From positions 1 through 45,684 of the forward strand of contig JAUCBJ010007990.1 of assembly GCA_032718475.1 (NCBI GenBank): a stretch of 45,684 nt of DNA, given 5' to 3'. Position numbers and translations under genes: made by a program. This document shows, piece after piece, positions 24,024 through 36,995 of the stretch. The notes below the pieces were generated by a model that had not been told where the DNA came from, ran no database searches, and saw only the letters and a list, made by a program, of their open reading frames with translations. Source of the stretch: Nemertoderma westbladi. Lineage: Eukaryota; Animalia; Xenacoelomorpha. The first letter of the stretch is position 1, and each line of letters opens with the position of its first letter.

Positions 24024-27000
24024 CAATAAACACGAAATTAAACATTATACACTCATCACATCACATCATATACTGTTAAATGTCTAATGTATATAAAATT
24101 GTACTATTACGCCAATCATTTTTCCCCTAATATATCCCATATTATATACCGGCATCTTTTATTCGTTTTAATTTGACCAGGTATATTCTGCGCGTGTTTG
24201 ACTTTATCCAATTCACATTCTCACTCTTTCAGTTTGTTTTCTTGCCTAATTAACATGTGTTTGTTTCAAGTTGTGTCTCTTTTCCCATTCCATTCAGAGC
24301 TGCAGAGCTGCTTCACTCCCGCACCGTACATGACCGCATGGCTGGGGTTCACCGATTTTTAAAAGCGTTTTTCAATCATATCACGTTAAGTTCGTTTTTA
24401 TCCCATTTATTGTTTTGGTTCCACCAGGCGGCCGATGTAAACTATGCCTTACCCAATTTCTGAGGCTGTGATTTTCTGTTTTAACACTCCGTTACAAACT
24501 AATTGTAAAGAAAATATAAATTTGGGAACCGCCGGTTTAATGTTATTTTTTGGCTTTACGCGACCGTATACTGGTATACCTGTATACCTTCCTATCACGA
24601 CTCAAAAATAAGTATCACCATCCCAGACTTTTGAGCTAATTATTGTAAAAACAAATGTTTCTCTTACGTTGTTATTGTTGTTGTTATTGTTGTTGTATTC
24701 CATTGTATGTGTTGTTATTGGTCAGGTCATACTATCTTTAGGGCTACAAACTGCATAATTTTGTTTTCTTGTTGCCAATATAATATAATCTACGTATCTT
24801 TTGTTGCATTTTTTATTTTTAGTATTTATTGAAATTTATTCTGCTATTAAGATTCTTATTTAATTTTTTTTGTTTGAAACAAAATGGTGTGGCTTCCTAT
24901 TCTGTGCGCATCGGTGGGTTCCAAAAGTTAACATTTGATTTGATATGAGTATAAAAATGTAATAATTATATTTCCAAGTTAAATTTGCTAAATATGTTTT
25001 AGGTGCGACAATTATTATATTACTGAAATTAAAGCGTCAAGCTTTATTTTATGGCATACCCAATATGCTTTTATAGCATAAATGTTATTAAATAATTTTC
25101 ACTGATTACCTGTACCGGCATGGTTTGTAATTAATATTAATACCTACCCTGCGACGGGTGAAATATTTTCTACAAATGAATTTTCCACGAGTTGTTTCAT
25201 GGGAGGATATAGTAACATTCTTATAGTCAGTCTAACTTCATAAATAGTGACCCTCGCGCATCAAAAGGCAATCACCTCTTTTGTTTTTGTTACATTATGT
25301 CAACTTAACAGCGTTCTGGTGAATTACTCGTAACGCTGCAAGGTACCACTTTGCAGCGTTGCGGCTTATAGGACGGAACTCTGCAAAGTAATCAATGACA
25401 TGGAAACAACTTCAATTACCGTATTCCAGAATTAATAATTTCCATTTATATTAATAATATATAATTGTTTAATGTGTTCTGTATTCCATTATGTCGAAAC
25501 GGTCAATAGAAGACATTTTAGAGTCAATATGCCCTTCCATTAGTAAAACAAGGTGCGATGGTGAGCCGAATTTAAATGCCAAAACGATAATGATAATAAA
25601 CCCTTTCTTCACATGATAAGTTGACATAATGTAACAAAATTACATACATCATTGTGTGTCGAGGTTACTTTTCAGCGTTAAAGACCCTTGTTTATTTGTG
25701 TCAACCTCCCTCGCTTCGCTCGCTCGGTACATAAATAAACTCCGGTCATAACGCTGCAAAGTGCTACTTTGCACACAATGATATAAATACCGATAGTTTT
25801 TTTTACAAATTATCATTTCAGGTATATGCATTATCGGCTGTGGTGTATAATTAATTGTGAACCTTGTTTCGTTATTATTAATTTGTAATTATTGTACTAT
25901 TAATACGGTTAAATTATTACATGCAAACAAGTGTTTTTATTGGGTTTAAAAGGTATTAATTTAACTGACACAAGGAAAGGAACAGGTTACAGTTGCGGTG
26001 TTTTCTAAACAGAACAATAAACTAAACTTTATTTCACTTGCGGAGCTGTCAGTTTGCGCCACTATCAGATTTATATTCGCCATTTAAAAAATTTAGGTCT
26101 GCCTACTCTATATTTTGCCTTGAAATTCGCGTAATTTTTGTTATATTATACATTGATATTCACATTTAACTCATACATATATAGTTCCCTTCCACATCCT
26201 GTATGGGGGTGTATGTACATGTGTATGTACATTGTACGTCCATCCATCATCGTGTCTGCACGGTACTTCAAGTAGCGCCCCATTTGGTGATCTCCAGTGA
26301 ATGTTTGGATTTGACCTGATCAAATTGGTTTACTACGGAAGATCCGCAGTGGGCACACCTGGGCGGGTGTGGGCCACTCGGAATCCGACGAGGCGGCGCA
26401 CATATTGACATTTGGCGTATGTACATTGTACATTTCTTACAGTAGGGGAGCCACTGGGTTAAGAGTTTTTTCGGTATACTTAATATGAGCATAAAGAAGG
26501 AAGTGTTGGCGATGTACCTGAAAAATAAATAAATAAACGTTGCTCTTTGTCTCTCTCTCTCAAGTTGATTTGGATTAGGACTATGTGATACTTTTAACTC
26601 CTGCAATAATTCAGGTGGTTTGATGTGACTGCTTAGGGGTGGGGTGGGGCGGGTGACAAAGAAATGGAAAGAAAGGCAATGTTACAGTAAATTAATTTGT
26701 GTTATGTAATACTCTGTAGCAGCTTCTGGCTCCGAGGTAACTAATTTTGTATAGCCTGGGACGAGTGTCTCTGCCTCTGGGTAGTATATTGAAGACATAA
26801 GTCTATGAAGGAGAGATAGTGTTTACTTTAGCTTTGATTTATGTTGTCAGCCCGGGGCGTCCTTCCGGTTCAATGAGTTATTGGGCCGATTTATTACATT
26901 GCAAGACTGTTTGATGCTTATGGTATATGGATCGAGGTGAAGTTATTATTATAAACATTGTCTAATTAAACAGAGTTATCAGGATGGAAAACTCATTTTG

Positions 27001-27215
27001 TATAATGTAGTATCCTCAGACCACCTGTGACAAAAATTGATGGATTGGGATAAATAGGGCTGTAGGGTGCGAGTTGGTGTGTAAGCCGCCTATGGAATCG
27101 GAAGAATATATCAAATTGACTGTTTTTGACCTGCAGAATCAATGAGAATTGTTATGGAAGTAGAAATCTAATATTTATATCAAACACATGCTTGGTACTG
27201 TATCAGGGGTTATAT

Positions 27216-27770
27216 TGAAAAATATCGAGACATGAAAAATATCGAGAGTAAAAATAACCCGAGTAAAAACATCGAGTGTTGAAAAATAACGATAATATCG
27301 AGAGTTCATAAAATATCGAGAGTAAAAATATCGAGAGTAAAAATACCGAGTGTTGAAATATATCGAGAGTAAAAATATCGAGAGTAAAAATATCGAGAGT
27401 AAAAATATCGAGTGTTGAAAAATATCGAGAGTAAAAATATCGAGTGTTGAAAAATATCGAGAGTAAAAATATCGAGTGTTGAAAAATATCGAGAGTAAAA
27501 ATATCGAGTGTGGAAAAATATCGAGAGTAAAAATATCGAGTGTTGAAAAATATCGAGAGTAAAAATATCGAGTGTTGAAAAATATCGAGAGTAAAAATGA
27601 GTGTTGAAAAATATCGAGAGTAAAAATATCGAGTGTTGAAAAATATCGAGTGTTGAAAAATATCGAGTGTTGAAAAATATCGAGAGTAAAAATATCGAGA
27701 GTAAAAATATCGAGTGTTGAAAAAAATATAGAATGTTGAAAAATATCGAGAGTAAAAATATCGATAGTAA
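27216..27770 (-). repeat. Left arm satellite (15-bp and 17-bp units), reverse orientation
   Basis: AAAAATATCGAGAGT and AAAAATATCGAGTGTTG units. Confidence 0.97.
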
Positions 27771-28085
27771 CAATTTTTTTAAATAAGGGTATGATAATTT
27801 TTTTTACTAAAAATGTTCTAGAACAACAATATTTATCAACATTTGGTAGCTTATACGTGTTCTAATATAATATTTAACAATATTTATAATATTTATCAAA
27901 ATTTATAGCTAGCACTTCTTTTATAATATTTATTAAAAAAATAGCAAAAACTAGCTAGTATAATAAATCTGGTAAATGGGTACCCAAGGTGTATTACATA
28001 ATGACATTCACTTGCACTTGCACTGTTGTAACCCATGCACTGCAATATTGTTCCGTATTTCTAAATAAATTGCTCAAGCAAAATG

Positions 28086-31000
28086 CAATATTTTTACTCT
28101 CGATATTTTTCAACACTCGATATTTTTCAACACTCGATATTTTTACTCTCGATATTTTTCAACACTCGATATTTTCAACACTCGTTATTTTTACTCTCGA
28201 TATTTTTCAACACTCGATATTTTTACTCTCGATATTTTTACTCTCGATATTTTGCAACACTCGATATTTTTACTCTCGATATTTTTACTCTCGATATTTT
28301 TCAACACTCGATATTTTTCAACACTCGATATTTTCAACACTCGTTATTTTTACTCTCGATATTTTTCAACACTCGATATTTTTACTCTCGATATTTTTAC
28401 TCTCGATATTTTGCAACACTCGATATTTTTACTCTCGATATTTTTACTCTCGATATTTTTCAACACTCGATATTTTTACTCTCGATATTTTTACTCTCGA
28501 TATTTTTCAACACTCGATATTTTTACTCTCGATATTTTTACTCTCGATATTTTTCAACACTCGATATTTTTACTCTCGATATTTTTACTCTCGATATTTT
28601 TACTCTCGATATTTTTCAACACTCGATATTTTTACTCTCGATATTTTTACTCTCGATATTTTTACTCTCGATATTTTTCAACACTCGATATTTTTACTCT
28701 CGATATTTTTCAACACTCGATATTTTTACTCTCGATATTTTTCAACACTCGATATTTTTACTCTCGATATTTTTCAACACTCGATATTTTTACTCTCGAT
28801 ATTTTTCAACACTCGATATTTTTACTCTCGATATTTTTCAACACTCGATATTTTTACTCTCGATATTTTTACTCTCGATATTTTTCAACACTCGATATTT
28901 TTACTCTCGATATTTTTACTCTCGATATTTTTCAACACTCGATATTTTTCAACACTCGATATTTTTACTCTCGATATTTTTCAACACTCGATATTTTTAC
29001 TCTCGATATTTTTACTCTCGATATTTTTCAACACTCGATATTTTTACTCTCGATATTTTTACTCTCGATATTTTTCAACACTCGATATTTTTACTCTCGA
29101 TATTTTTACTCTCGATATTTTTCAACACTCGTTATTTTTACTCTCGATATTTTTACTCTCGATATTTTTCAACACTCGATATTTTTCAACACTCGATATT
29201 TTTACTCTCGATATATTTTTCAACACTCGATATTTTTACTCTCGATATTTTTCAACACTCGATATTTTTACTCTCGATATTTTTCAACACTCGATATTTT
29301 TCAACACTCGATATTTTTCAACACTCGATATTTTTACTCTCGATATATTTTTCAACACTCGATATTTTTACTCTCGATATTTTTCAACACTCGATATTTT
29401 TACTCTCGATATTTTTCAACACTCGATATTTTTACTCTCGATATTTTTACTCTCGATATTTTTCAACACTCGATATTTTTACTCTCGATATTTTTACTCT
29501 CGATATTTTTCAACACTCGATATTTTTCAACACTCGATATTTTTCAACACTCGATATTTTTACTCTCGATATTTTTCAACACTCGATATTTTTACTCTCG
29601 ATATTTTTCAACACTCGATATTTTTACTCTCGATATTTTTACTCTCGATATTTTTCAACACACGATATTTTTCAACACTCGATATTTTTACTCTCGATAT
29701 TTTTCAACACTCGATATTTTTACTCTCGATATTTTTACTCTCGATATTTTTACTCTCGATATTTTTCAACACTCGATATTTTTACTCTCGATATTTTTGC
29801 TCTCGATATTTTTCAACACTCGATATTTTTACTCTCGATATTTTTACTCTCGATATTTTTCAACACTCGATATTTTTACTCTCGATATTTTTCAACACTC
29901 GATATTTTTACTCTCGATATTTTTCAACACTCGATATTTTTACTCTCGATATTTTTCAACACTCGATATTTTTACTCTCGATATTTTTCAACACTCGATA
30001 TTTTTACTCTCGATATTTTTACTCTCGATATTTTTCAACACTCGATATTTTTACTCTCGATATTTTTACTCTCGATATTTTTCAACACTCGATATTTTTC
30101 AACACTCGATATTTTTACTCTCGATATTTTTCAACACTCGATATTTTTACTCTCGATATTTTTACTCTCGATATTTTTCAACACTCGATATTTTTACTCT
30201 CGATATTTTTACTCTCGATATTTTTCAACACTCGATATTTTTACTCTCGATATTTTTACTCTCGATATTTTTCAACACTCGTTATTTTTACTCTCGATAT
30301 TTTTACTCTCGATATTTTTCAACACTCGATATTTTTCAACACTCGATATTTTTACTCTCGATATATTTTTCAACACTCGATATTTTTACTCTCGATATTT
30401 TTCAACACTCGATATTTTTACTCTCGATATTTTTCAACACTCGATATTTTTACTCTCGATATTTTTACTCTCGATATTTTTCAACACTCGATATTTTTAC
30501 TCTCGATATTTTTACTCTCGATATTTTTCAACACTCGATATTTTTCAACACTCGATATTTTTCAACACTCGATATTTTTCAACACTCGATATTTTTACTC
30601 TCGATATTTTTCAACACTCGATATTTTTACTCTCGATATTTTTCAACACTCGATATTTTTACTCTCGATATTTTTACTCTCGATATTTTTCAACACACGA
30701 TATTTTTCAACACTCGATATTTTTACTCTCGATATTTTTCAACACTCGATATTTTTACTCTCGATATTTTTACTCTCGATATTTTTACTCTCGATATTTT
30801 TCAACACTCGATATTTTTACTCTCGATATTTTTGCTCTCGATATTTTTCAACACTCGATACTTTTACTCTCGATATTTTTACTCTCGATATTTTTCAACA
30901 CTCGATATTTTTACTCTCGATATTTTTACTCTCGATATTTTTCAACACTCGTTATTTTTACTCTCGATATTTTTACTCTCAATATTTTTCAACACTCGAT

Positions 31001-31258
31001 ATTTTTCAACACTCGATATTTTTACTCTCGATATTTTTCAACACTCGATATTTTTACTCTCGATATTTTTCAACACTCGATATTTTTACTCTCGATATTT
31101 TTCAACACTCGATATTTTTACTCTCGATATTTTTCAACACTCGATATTTTTCAACACTCGTTATTTTCGATATTTTTCATCTCGCGTTATCTTTACTCTC
31201 GATATTTTTACTCTCGTTATTTTTACTCTCGATATTTTTCAAGTCTCGATATTTTTCA
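28086..31258 (+). repeat. Right arm satellite, ~3.2 kb of interspersed GATATTTTTACTCTC (15 bp) and GATATTTTTCAACACTC (17 bp)
   Basis: Directly visible, about 200 highly homogeneous units. Confidence 0.98.
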
Positions 31259-32149
31259 CCATTACCGTATCAGGGGATTGCCTCCTGTCAATATGTACAC
31301 GTTCTCTGAACCCAGAGTTATACTGCCGTATTTGGGCGAATACGACAGGCTACTGTACTATACAGTCCGTTTGTTGTGGTTAGTGACGGGTTGTTAGTAT
31401 CTCATGGAAAATAAATGTAGGAACTTTGTAATTATTTTGCAAATATTGGGACCATGCATTTTCTAACTTACAGGTTTCGTTGCATTGCTTGGATCAAACT
31501 TATCCTGTATTCTATAATGCGTGGTATTTTACTCTCCGACATCGGTAGAGGTGAAGAGGTGTGTTGTTGGTCTGCCTCTGCGTCATTGGGGCGGGGGGGG
31601 GGGGGGGGGGGGGGGGTTGGGGGAAGTGTCAGATTCATCTATTCGTGTTGATGGTTGGTGAAGATTCTACTTCTGGCTAGGTCTGGCCTAGAGTAGAAGC
31701 AGTTCCGCGGCAATAATAATATTGCTCTTCAAAAGAGGGCCCTTACTGCATCAGGGACGCGTTTTTCGACAGAGCCCCGTCAGCTGAAACAGCCAGTGCC
31801 GCTAGTCGGTGGGGTTGACTTGTTGACGAGAGGCTATTATGAGGCGCAATGGGATACGCATTGCGTATCTCCTTCTGTCAACCAATACTGGCCTGTACAT
31901 CCATAATGTTATTTATTTAACATACTTGTATTTGTGATGCGGTATCATCTCAGAATACACTTTTATCGTGTTATAATTACATTATTATTGCGAAGGTAGT
32001 ATTTTGATTCTATAAATTGATTTAATGACACTTGTTTCTGAACATTTAGTGTTTGATGGATGAATAGTCTTACCGGAACAGTTGCCCGGCAGCGCGGCTA
32101 ATGTATAATGCCGTTAAGCAGATAACTGGAAGCTCATAAGGTTGACACA

Positions 32150-32676
32150 ATCGGCATGCCGCAATGCAGCATGCGTTAAGAGTGCTATGCCGGCTTATCG
32201 ACAAAAATTGCGCCACCACAACGCCCTATCCCCCATGACTCTCGCGAGATTATCCGCGTCTTCAGTTCTAGTGTCCTTTAAAAGGTTGTGCACAGGCGGA
32301 CCCTCACGGCGAAAGCAATGTCCTGCAAAGCGGAGGTGGCTTTGTTCTAGTGTCAAGCTTGGGGGGAAACAATGAGACACATCCAATGTTATATATGTCT
32401 GGTTGGAAATGTGTGTATTGTACTTGTAGTACTTGTAATTTGTAGCATTCTTGTGTATGTGCCATCCGGAGATTTGGTGTCCTCTGCAGGTAGAGCCCAG
32501 CATAGACTCCCATATAAGAGTACTGTTTCTACTGCTACTCTTAATAATCGAACCTTAAATTTCCGACGTATGTTATATCACTTCCAAACCCTGGACAGCT
32601 CATTCAATGTTGCCCATGCCTTCCCCTTATATATTAGAAAGGCTTCACCTAACTTCCGGATCCATCATCCCAGGTT
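32150..32676 (-). mobile_element. RTE-like LINE 3' fragment, degraded
   Basis: Reverse-complement homologue of 33215-33813 (RLRFAGHCFRRE, LARVMGDRALW) with internal deletions. Confidence 0.85.
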
Positions 32677-33199
32677 GTACTTTTCGTTGGGCACAGCTTT
32701 GTCGGCAATAATGACGTCCAGGGGTGGTAGTCTGCCGCTCTAACCATTCAGCTAGCGGCTCGGCTCGTAAAAGGTAGATCTAGAAATACTACCTGGATAC
32801 TTTGTATGTGCGCAATTTACGTCCTCATGGCCTCCCATCTGTCATTACCATCATCTGCTGCCACTGTGCGCAATCCTACTGTTCTTGGCCGTCTGATGAT
32901 CCAGGATCACAGAAGTCATCCGCATGCTCATTGCTCAAGCACACCATCCGTTGATCTTATACTAATACGATCAGACATATCCTGAGGACTGTCGAAGTTA
33001 ACTGTCAAAATTGTGGTCTTCGTGGAGTTAACAAAAGCAGCTTGGAGCATGACCTACCGTAGTTGGTCATGTTTTGAGTTTACTAGAGGCAGCTATGTGT
33101 TGAGGAGCTTACGGCGAAAGCAATTTCCTGCAAAGCGGAGGCGGCTTTGTTCTAGTGTCAAGCTTGGAGGAACCAATGAAACACCTCCAATGTTATTGA

Positions 33200-33835
33200 G
33201 CATGTGGACGACTTCTGTTACCTGGGATCATGGATCCGGAAGTCAGGTGAGGACCTTCGAATACGTAAGGGAAAGGCATGGGCAGCCTTGAATAGGCTTT
33301 CCAGGATTTGGAAGTCACCGAGAATTAATCGGAAACTTAAGGTCCGATTGTTTAGAGCAGCAGTAGTTCCATTACTCCTCTACGGGAGTCCATGCTGGGC
33401 TCTAACTGCTGAGGACACCAAATCTCTGGATGGCACATTCATAAGAATGCTACGCCGGGTTCATTGTGTCAAGTACAATGCACACATCTCCAACCAGACA
33501 CTATATAACATTGGAGGTGTCTCATTGGTTCCCCCAAGCTTGACACTAGAACAAAATCGCCTCCGCTTTGCAGGACATTGCTTTCGCCGTGAGGACCAGC
33601 CAGTGCATAATCTTGTACTTTGGCAGCCTCATGGAGTGAATAAGCATGGTGGACAGCCCATGACTTTCTTGAGACGCATCTTAAAGGACACTGGCCTTAA
33701 AGATGCGGATGATCTAGCAAATGTCATGGGTGATAGGGAGTTGTGGCGGTGCAATTTTGTTGACAAGCCGGCACAGCATTCTTAAAAAATGCAGCTGCAA
33801 TGCAGCATGCCGATCCTAGTAGTAGTAGTAGTAGT
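33200..33835 (+). mobile_element. RTE-like LINE 3' end (post-RT domain) with an (AGT)n tail
   Basis: VDDFCYLGSWI...RKGKAWAALNRLSRIWKS...LLYGSPCWALT...RLRFAGHCFR, stop at 33785, then short tandem AGT repeats at 33818-33835, typical of RTE-clade tails. Confidence 0.88.
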
Positions 33836-33914
33836 CCAATGTTATATATAGTGTCTGGTTGGAGATGTGTGTATTATTCTTCTTGACACAGTGAACCCAG
33901 TGTAGCATTCTTGA

Positions 33915-34500
33915 GCTGAGGAGCCGTTGCGCTCCATCTAGTGATTCTGAGAGTACTCCCTAAGTAATCGGATCAGTTAGGTGCTTTGCGGGATTTCCTC
34001 GACTTCTGGAGGTGGAGTTACCATCACCCAATCTTCATTATGACATTCTAAGGACGTTCGTAGAACATAGTCAACTACAATTATGAATAAGAATGGCGCA
34101 AGTGTGTCTCCCTGGAGGACGCCCCAAAACACTTCGAATGGTTCTGTGTCACCATCAACAGTAGACACAAATGTTGTCGAATCATCGTATACTGATCTGA
34201 TTGCTGCAATAATTTCATCAGGAATCCCATATAATGAAAGTATGCTGAACATACGTGAGCGAGAGACTGAATCGAAGGCCTTGAAGAAGTCAACAAAGAT
34301 AGCAGCCAGATGTCTGTATTTAATTTTTGTTAACTCTCCAATTATCCTTCTAAGTGCCCAAATGGGCTCCATGGTCCCACGACCTTTACGGAACCCATTC
34401 TGATTTCCACGGAGCAGTCTCTCAATGGGATCCCTGATGCGATTTAATAGAATCCTATTGTATAGCTTTGCAGCAATCGAGATCAATGAGATTCCCCGAA
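33915..34500 (-). pseudogene. Non-LTR (RTE-like) reverse transcriptase fragment
   Basis: RGISLISIAAKLYNRILLNRI, QNGFRKGRGT, FVDFFKAFDSV, GVLQGDTLAPFLFIIVVDYVLR. The YADD motif is destroyed near 33960. Confidence 0.92.
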
Positions 34501-34989
34501 AAGAACCATAGAGTGTTTAAGGTTGCCCTTCTTGGGGAAGTCAATGGCGCAAAGCCAAATGGCCGCAAACACAAAATAAATTTTAGGGGGTTTTAAAAAT
34601 TTGTTGAATTTAATTAAAAACATTAAGGGAAAGGAGCAGGTTACAGTGGCGGTGTTTTCTAACCAAAACAATAAACTATACATTATTTATCTTGCGGTCA
34701 ATTTTCGCCACTATCTGTCTTGGGGACAGGGACCAACTTATTTGTTTTCATTTCGTGATGGACTATCCTCGTTCTGTACATGTCTAGTCTAATATGATGG
34801 GGTGGATTAGCTCCAAATACATATAGTATTTTAAATACTTCATATGGAAGAGTGGAAGGGTTTACAGTGGAAGATCACCCATGGTGGTGAACAGGCATTA
34901 CTTGGCTTAACGAGCCTAAAATATTCTCAGTCGTTTTAAAGACTTCATGTGGTCATCATCTTCTCCACTCCCTTGACATCAGCATAGGC

Positions 34990-35136
34990 TACCAAGTTAT
35001 AATGTAAAGTTACCCTGTCATTATTGAGGAGCTTTTCAAAGTGGGCCTTCCAACTATTATTGAAGCGATCTTCTGGTGATTCAGTCTTAACCTTGGTGGT
35101 TGGTTGGCTTTTCCGCCCAGTGAGCAAATTGATCAA
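34990..35136 (-). pseudogene. Upstream fragment of the same LINE ORF (endonuclease-RT linker)
   Basis: INLLTGRK...WKAHFEKLLN resembles the W..HF..LLN motif that precedes non-LTR RT domains. Confidence 0.65.
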
Positions 35137-36995
35137 TTTTCATCGATGAATTCAATTATTCATCAATTTCACGATGATAATAAGGTCCCACTCATGTCTA
35201 CATAGGCCTGAAGGCATCATGCAGCGAGCAGAAATTAGCGGAGGCCGATAATTTTAAGAAGTTTTTATGTTCTAATTTGGATGGTTAGATATTTCTAATA
35301 TTTATTAAATTTCTTCCTGGAATTTTTATCATGTTGTTTACCAAGATAACCGAGTGAAAAGTTCGAAGTGACGAATATGGTCCCCGATCTTAACATTGGT
35401 AGGGAGAATTTCAAAATATTTGACCCGTTTAAATCCCATTGCCTTGGTGATGGTTAAAATTAAAATTTAAGTTTTAGGAATTCATGCAGGAAATTACGCT
35501 TAAAGTATTAACCAATTTTGAAAAATAAATATATCGCGCCTAGCCTTGACGTCTCATATCATTATGATAAAAAGTTTACAAATTGTAAGCCTACTTGTTA
35601 TACTGGAACTGGAGAACAACAAACTGGAGGACAGAAACTCGAGTATATTGCTGCCAGGTTATAATAATTAAATTAATTGGAGTTGAGCTGATAAATGCAA
35701 TAAATTAAATGTCCATCAGATTTTTCGATCAATATCAACATGATAAATTTCAAACCATCAATGGACCATATCAATTGATATCAATCAATAAAATATCAAT
35801 TGGTATTTTATTTAAGGTGGGGGGGGGGGGGGGGGGGGGGGGTACTGGCATTACATTTTTTCAAATTTTATTTCAATTTCATCTAGAGCAGATTTTATCA
35901 AGATTTCAAATATGAAAACCGTTTACCAAGATCTGTCTTACTTCTCAAGATATGGCTGTCAGTCTGTCCGTCAGTATGTTAGAGTACAATAGAAAACTTA
36001 CTACTGTATAAAGCAAAAAAGTAAATAAAGCAAAACTGTTCTTTGAGATTTTCTCAAAGTTTTTCTAAAAGTGTCTAAAAGTCATTACATTACTCCCAAC
36101 GGCCGCTTTGAATTCTTGTAGACACTTTTAGTTGGGAATCTCAAAGTGATTTCCTGCTTTTAGGCACTTTGAATTCTTTTAATTCTTTGAGAAATGTCAC
36201 TTTGAGGTAGTTTGCGGCACTTTTAATTCTTTGAGAAAATAAACTCCGAGGTATTCCTGATTGACAGCTCGTGGTAAGTTAACTGAGAGGCAGAGGCATT
36301 CTCGGGGAACAATATTATGCGGGCAACAAAGTGATACTTGTGTGTTGGCCAGTTGTTGCATAGAAGCTATATTCCCATTAATTGATCAAATTGAGGTTCC
36401 TGAGGTCATTACGGGATGGGTTTTCGGTCGCAAGTGCAAATTGAATATACGGCACCCTAAAGTCTTTCTAAAAAACATTCATTCAAATAATACATGAAAC
36501 ATAATTTGTGAAACAAGATTAATGCTTGACAAGATTGATTATTTTAATAACATAATACAATATCAGATTAACAATTAATATAAGAGAAACTTCTCTGTAG
36601 TTTCTCTGTGTATACGCAGTTTCATTATAATGACCTAAAGAAGAAGCCCTGTTGGGAGAAAGCTTGTAATAACATTTGTTATTCATTTCATTAGTCACCT
36701 CAGGTCAAACCGTACTACACCTTAACTGTTTAATTAATATGATAACTATGTTGACGAGAGCGCGAGAATTCCTTCTTAAAAACTAAGAAAGGCTTTCGAC
36801 TTTCAAGTACGATAGAACGGCTACAATCTTGTGTTGTTTTAGCTTAATAGAGATATTAAAATATCCCCTGCCGCTGGCGTTTATATTTGAGCATATTTTA
36901 AATGTTTGCCTCATATTCAATGGATGTGTACCGCCTTCTTGCAAAGCGGCACCCAGTTTAAACTATCAATCACAGCTAGTGAGTAGCGACCCACG

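Larger units (their letters stand above)
27208..31266. mobile_element. Foldback-type non-autonomous DNA transposon (Mutator/FB-like) with tandem-repeat arms
   Basis: Left end GGTTATATTGAAAAATATCGAGACATGAAAAATATCGAGAG matches the reverse complement of the right end GGTAATGGTGAAAAATATCGAGACTTGAAAAATATCGAGAG. 8-bp TSD GTATCAGG at 27200-27207 and 27267-equivalent right copy 31267-31274. ~315-bp unique spacer. Confidence 0.9.

Noticed and set aside
25709-25730. CTCGCTTCGCTCGCTCGG, a Helentron-like end motif
   Set aside because: Too short, with no other element boundary identified.
27216-31258. CRISPR-like array
   Set aside because: No unique spacers, no cas genes, eukaryotic context. The 44425-45310 array also has repeated rather than unique linkers.
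27989-31397. Three overlapping ORFs of 1043-1106 aa, and the 155-aa ORF at 27306-27773
   Set aside because: Artefacts of a satellite with no stop codons on one strand. All three frames give the same permuted peptides.
31588-31623. Long G/C homopolymers (also ~19444, ~21193, ~22147, ~35818) as G-quadruplex signals
   Set aside because: Scattered throughout the window with no positional pattern; lengths may be unreliable.
26268-31910. Possible decayed minus-strand coding region interrupted by the foldback element (CxxC pairs at 26268-26606)
   Set aside because: After removing the insertion the translation has many stops and no identifiable family.
33818-33835. (AGT)n as another Polinton terminus
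   Set aside because: It follows the LINE stop codon and short 3' UTR directly, so it is the RTE tail.
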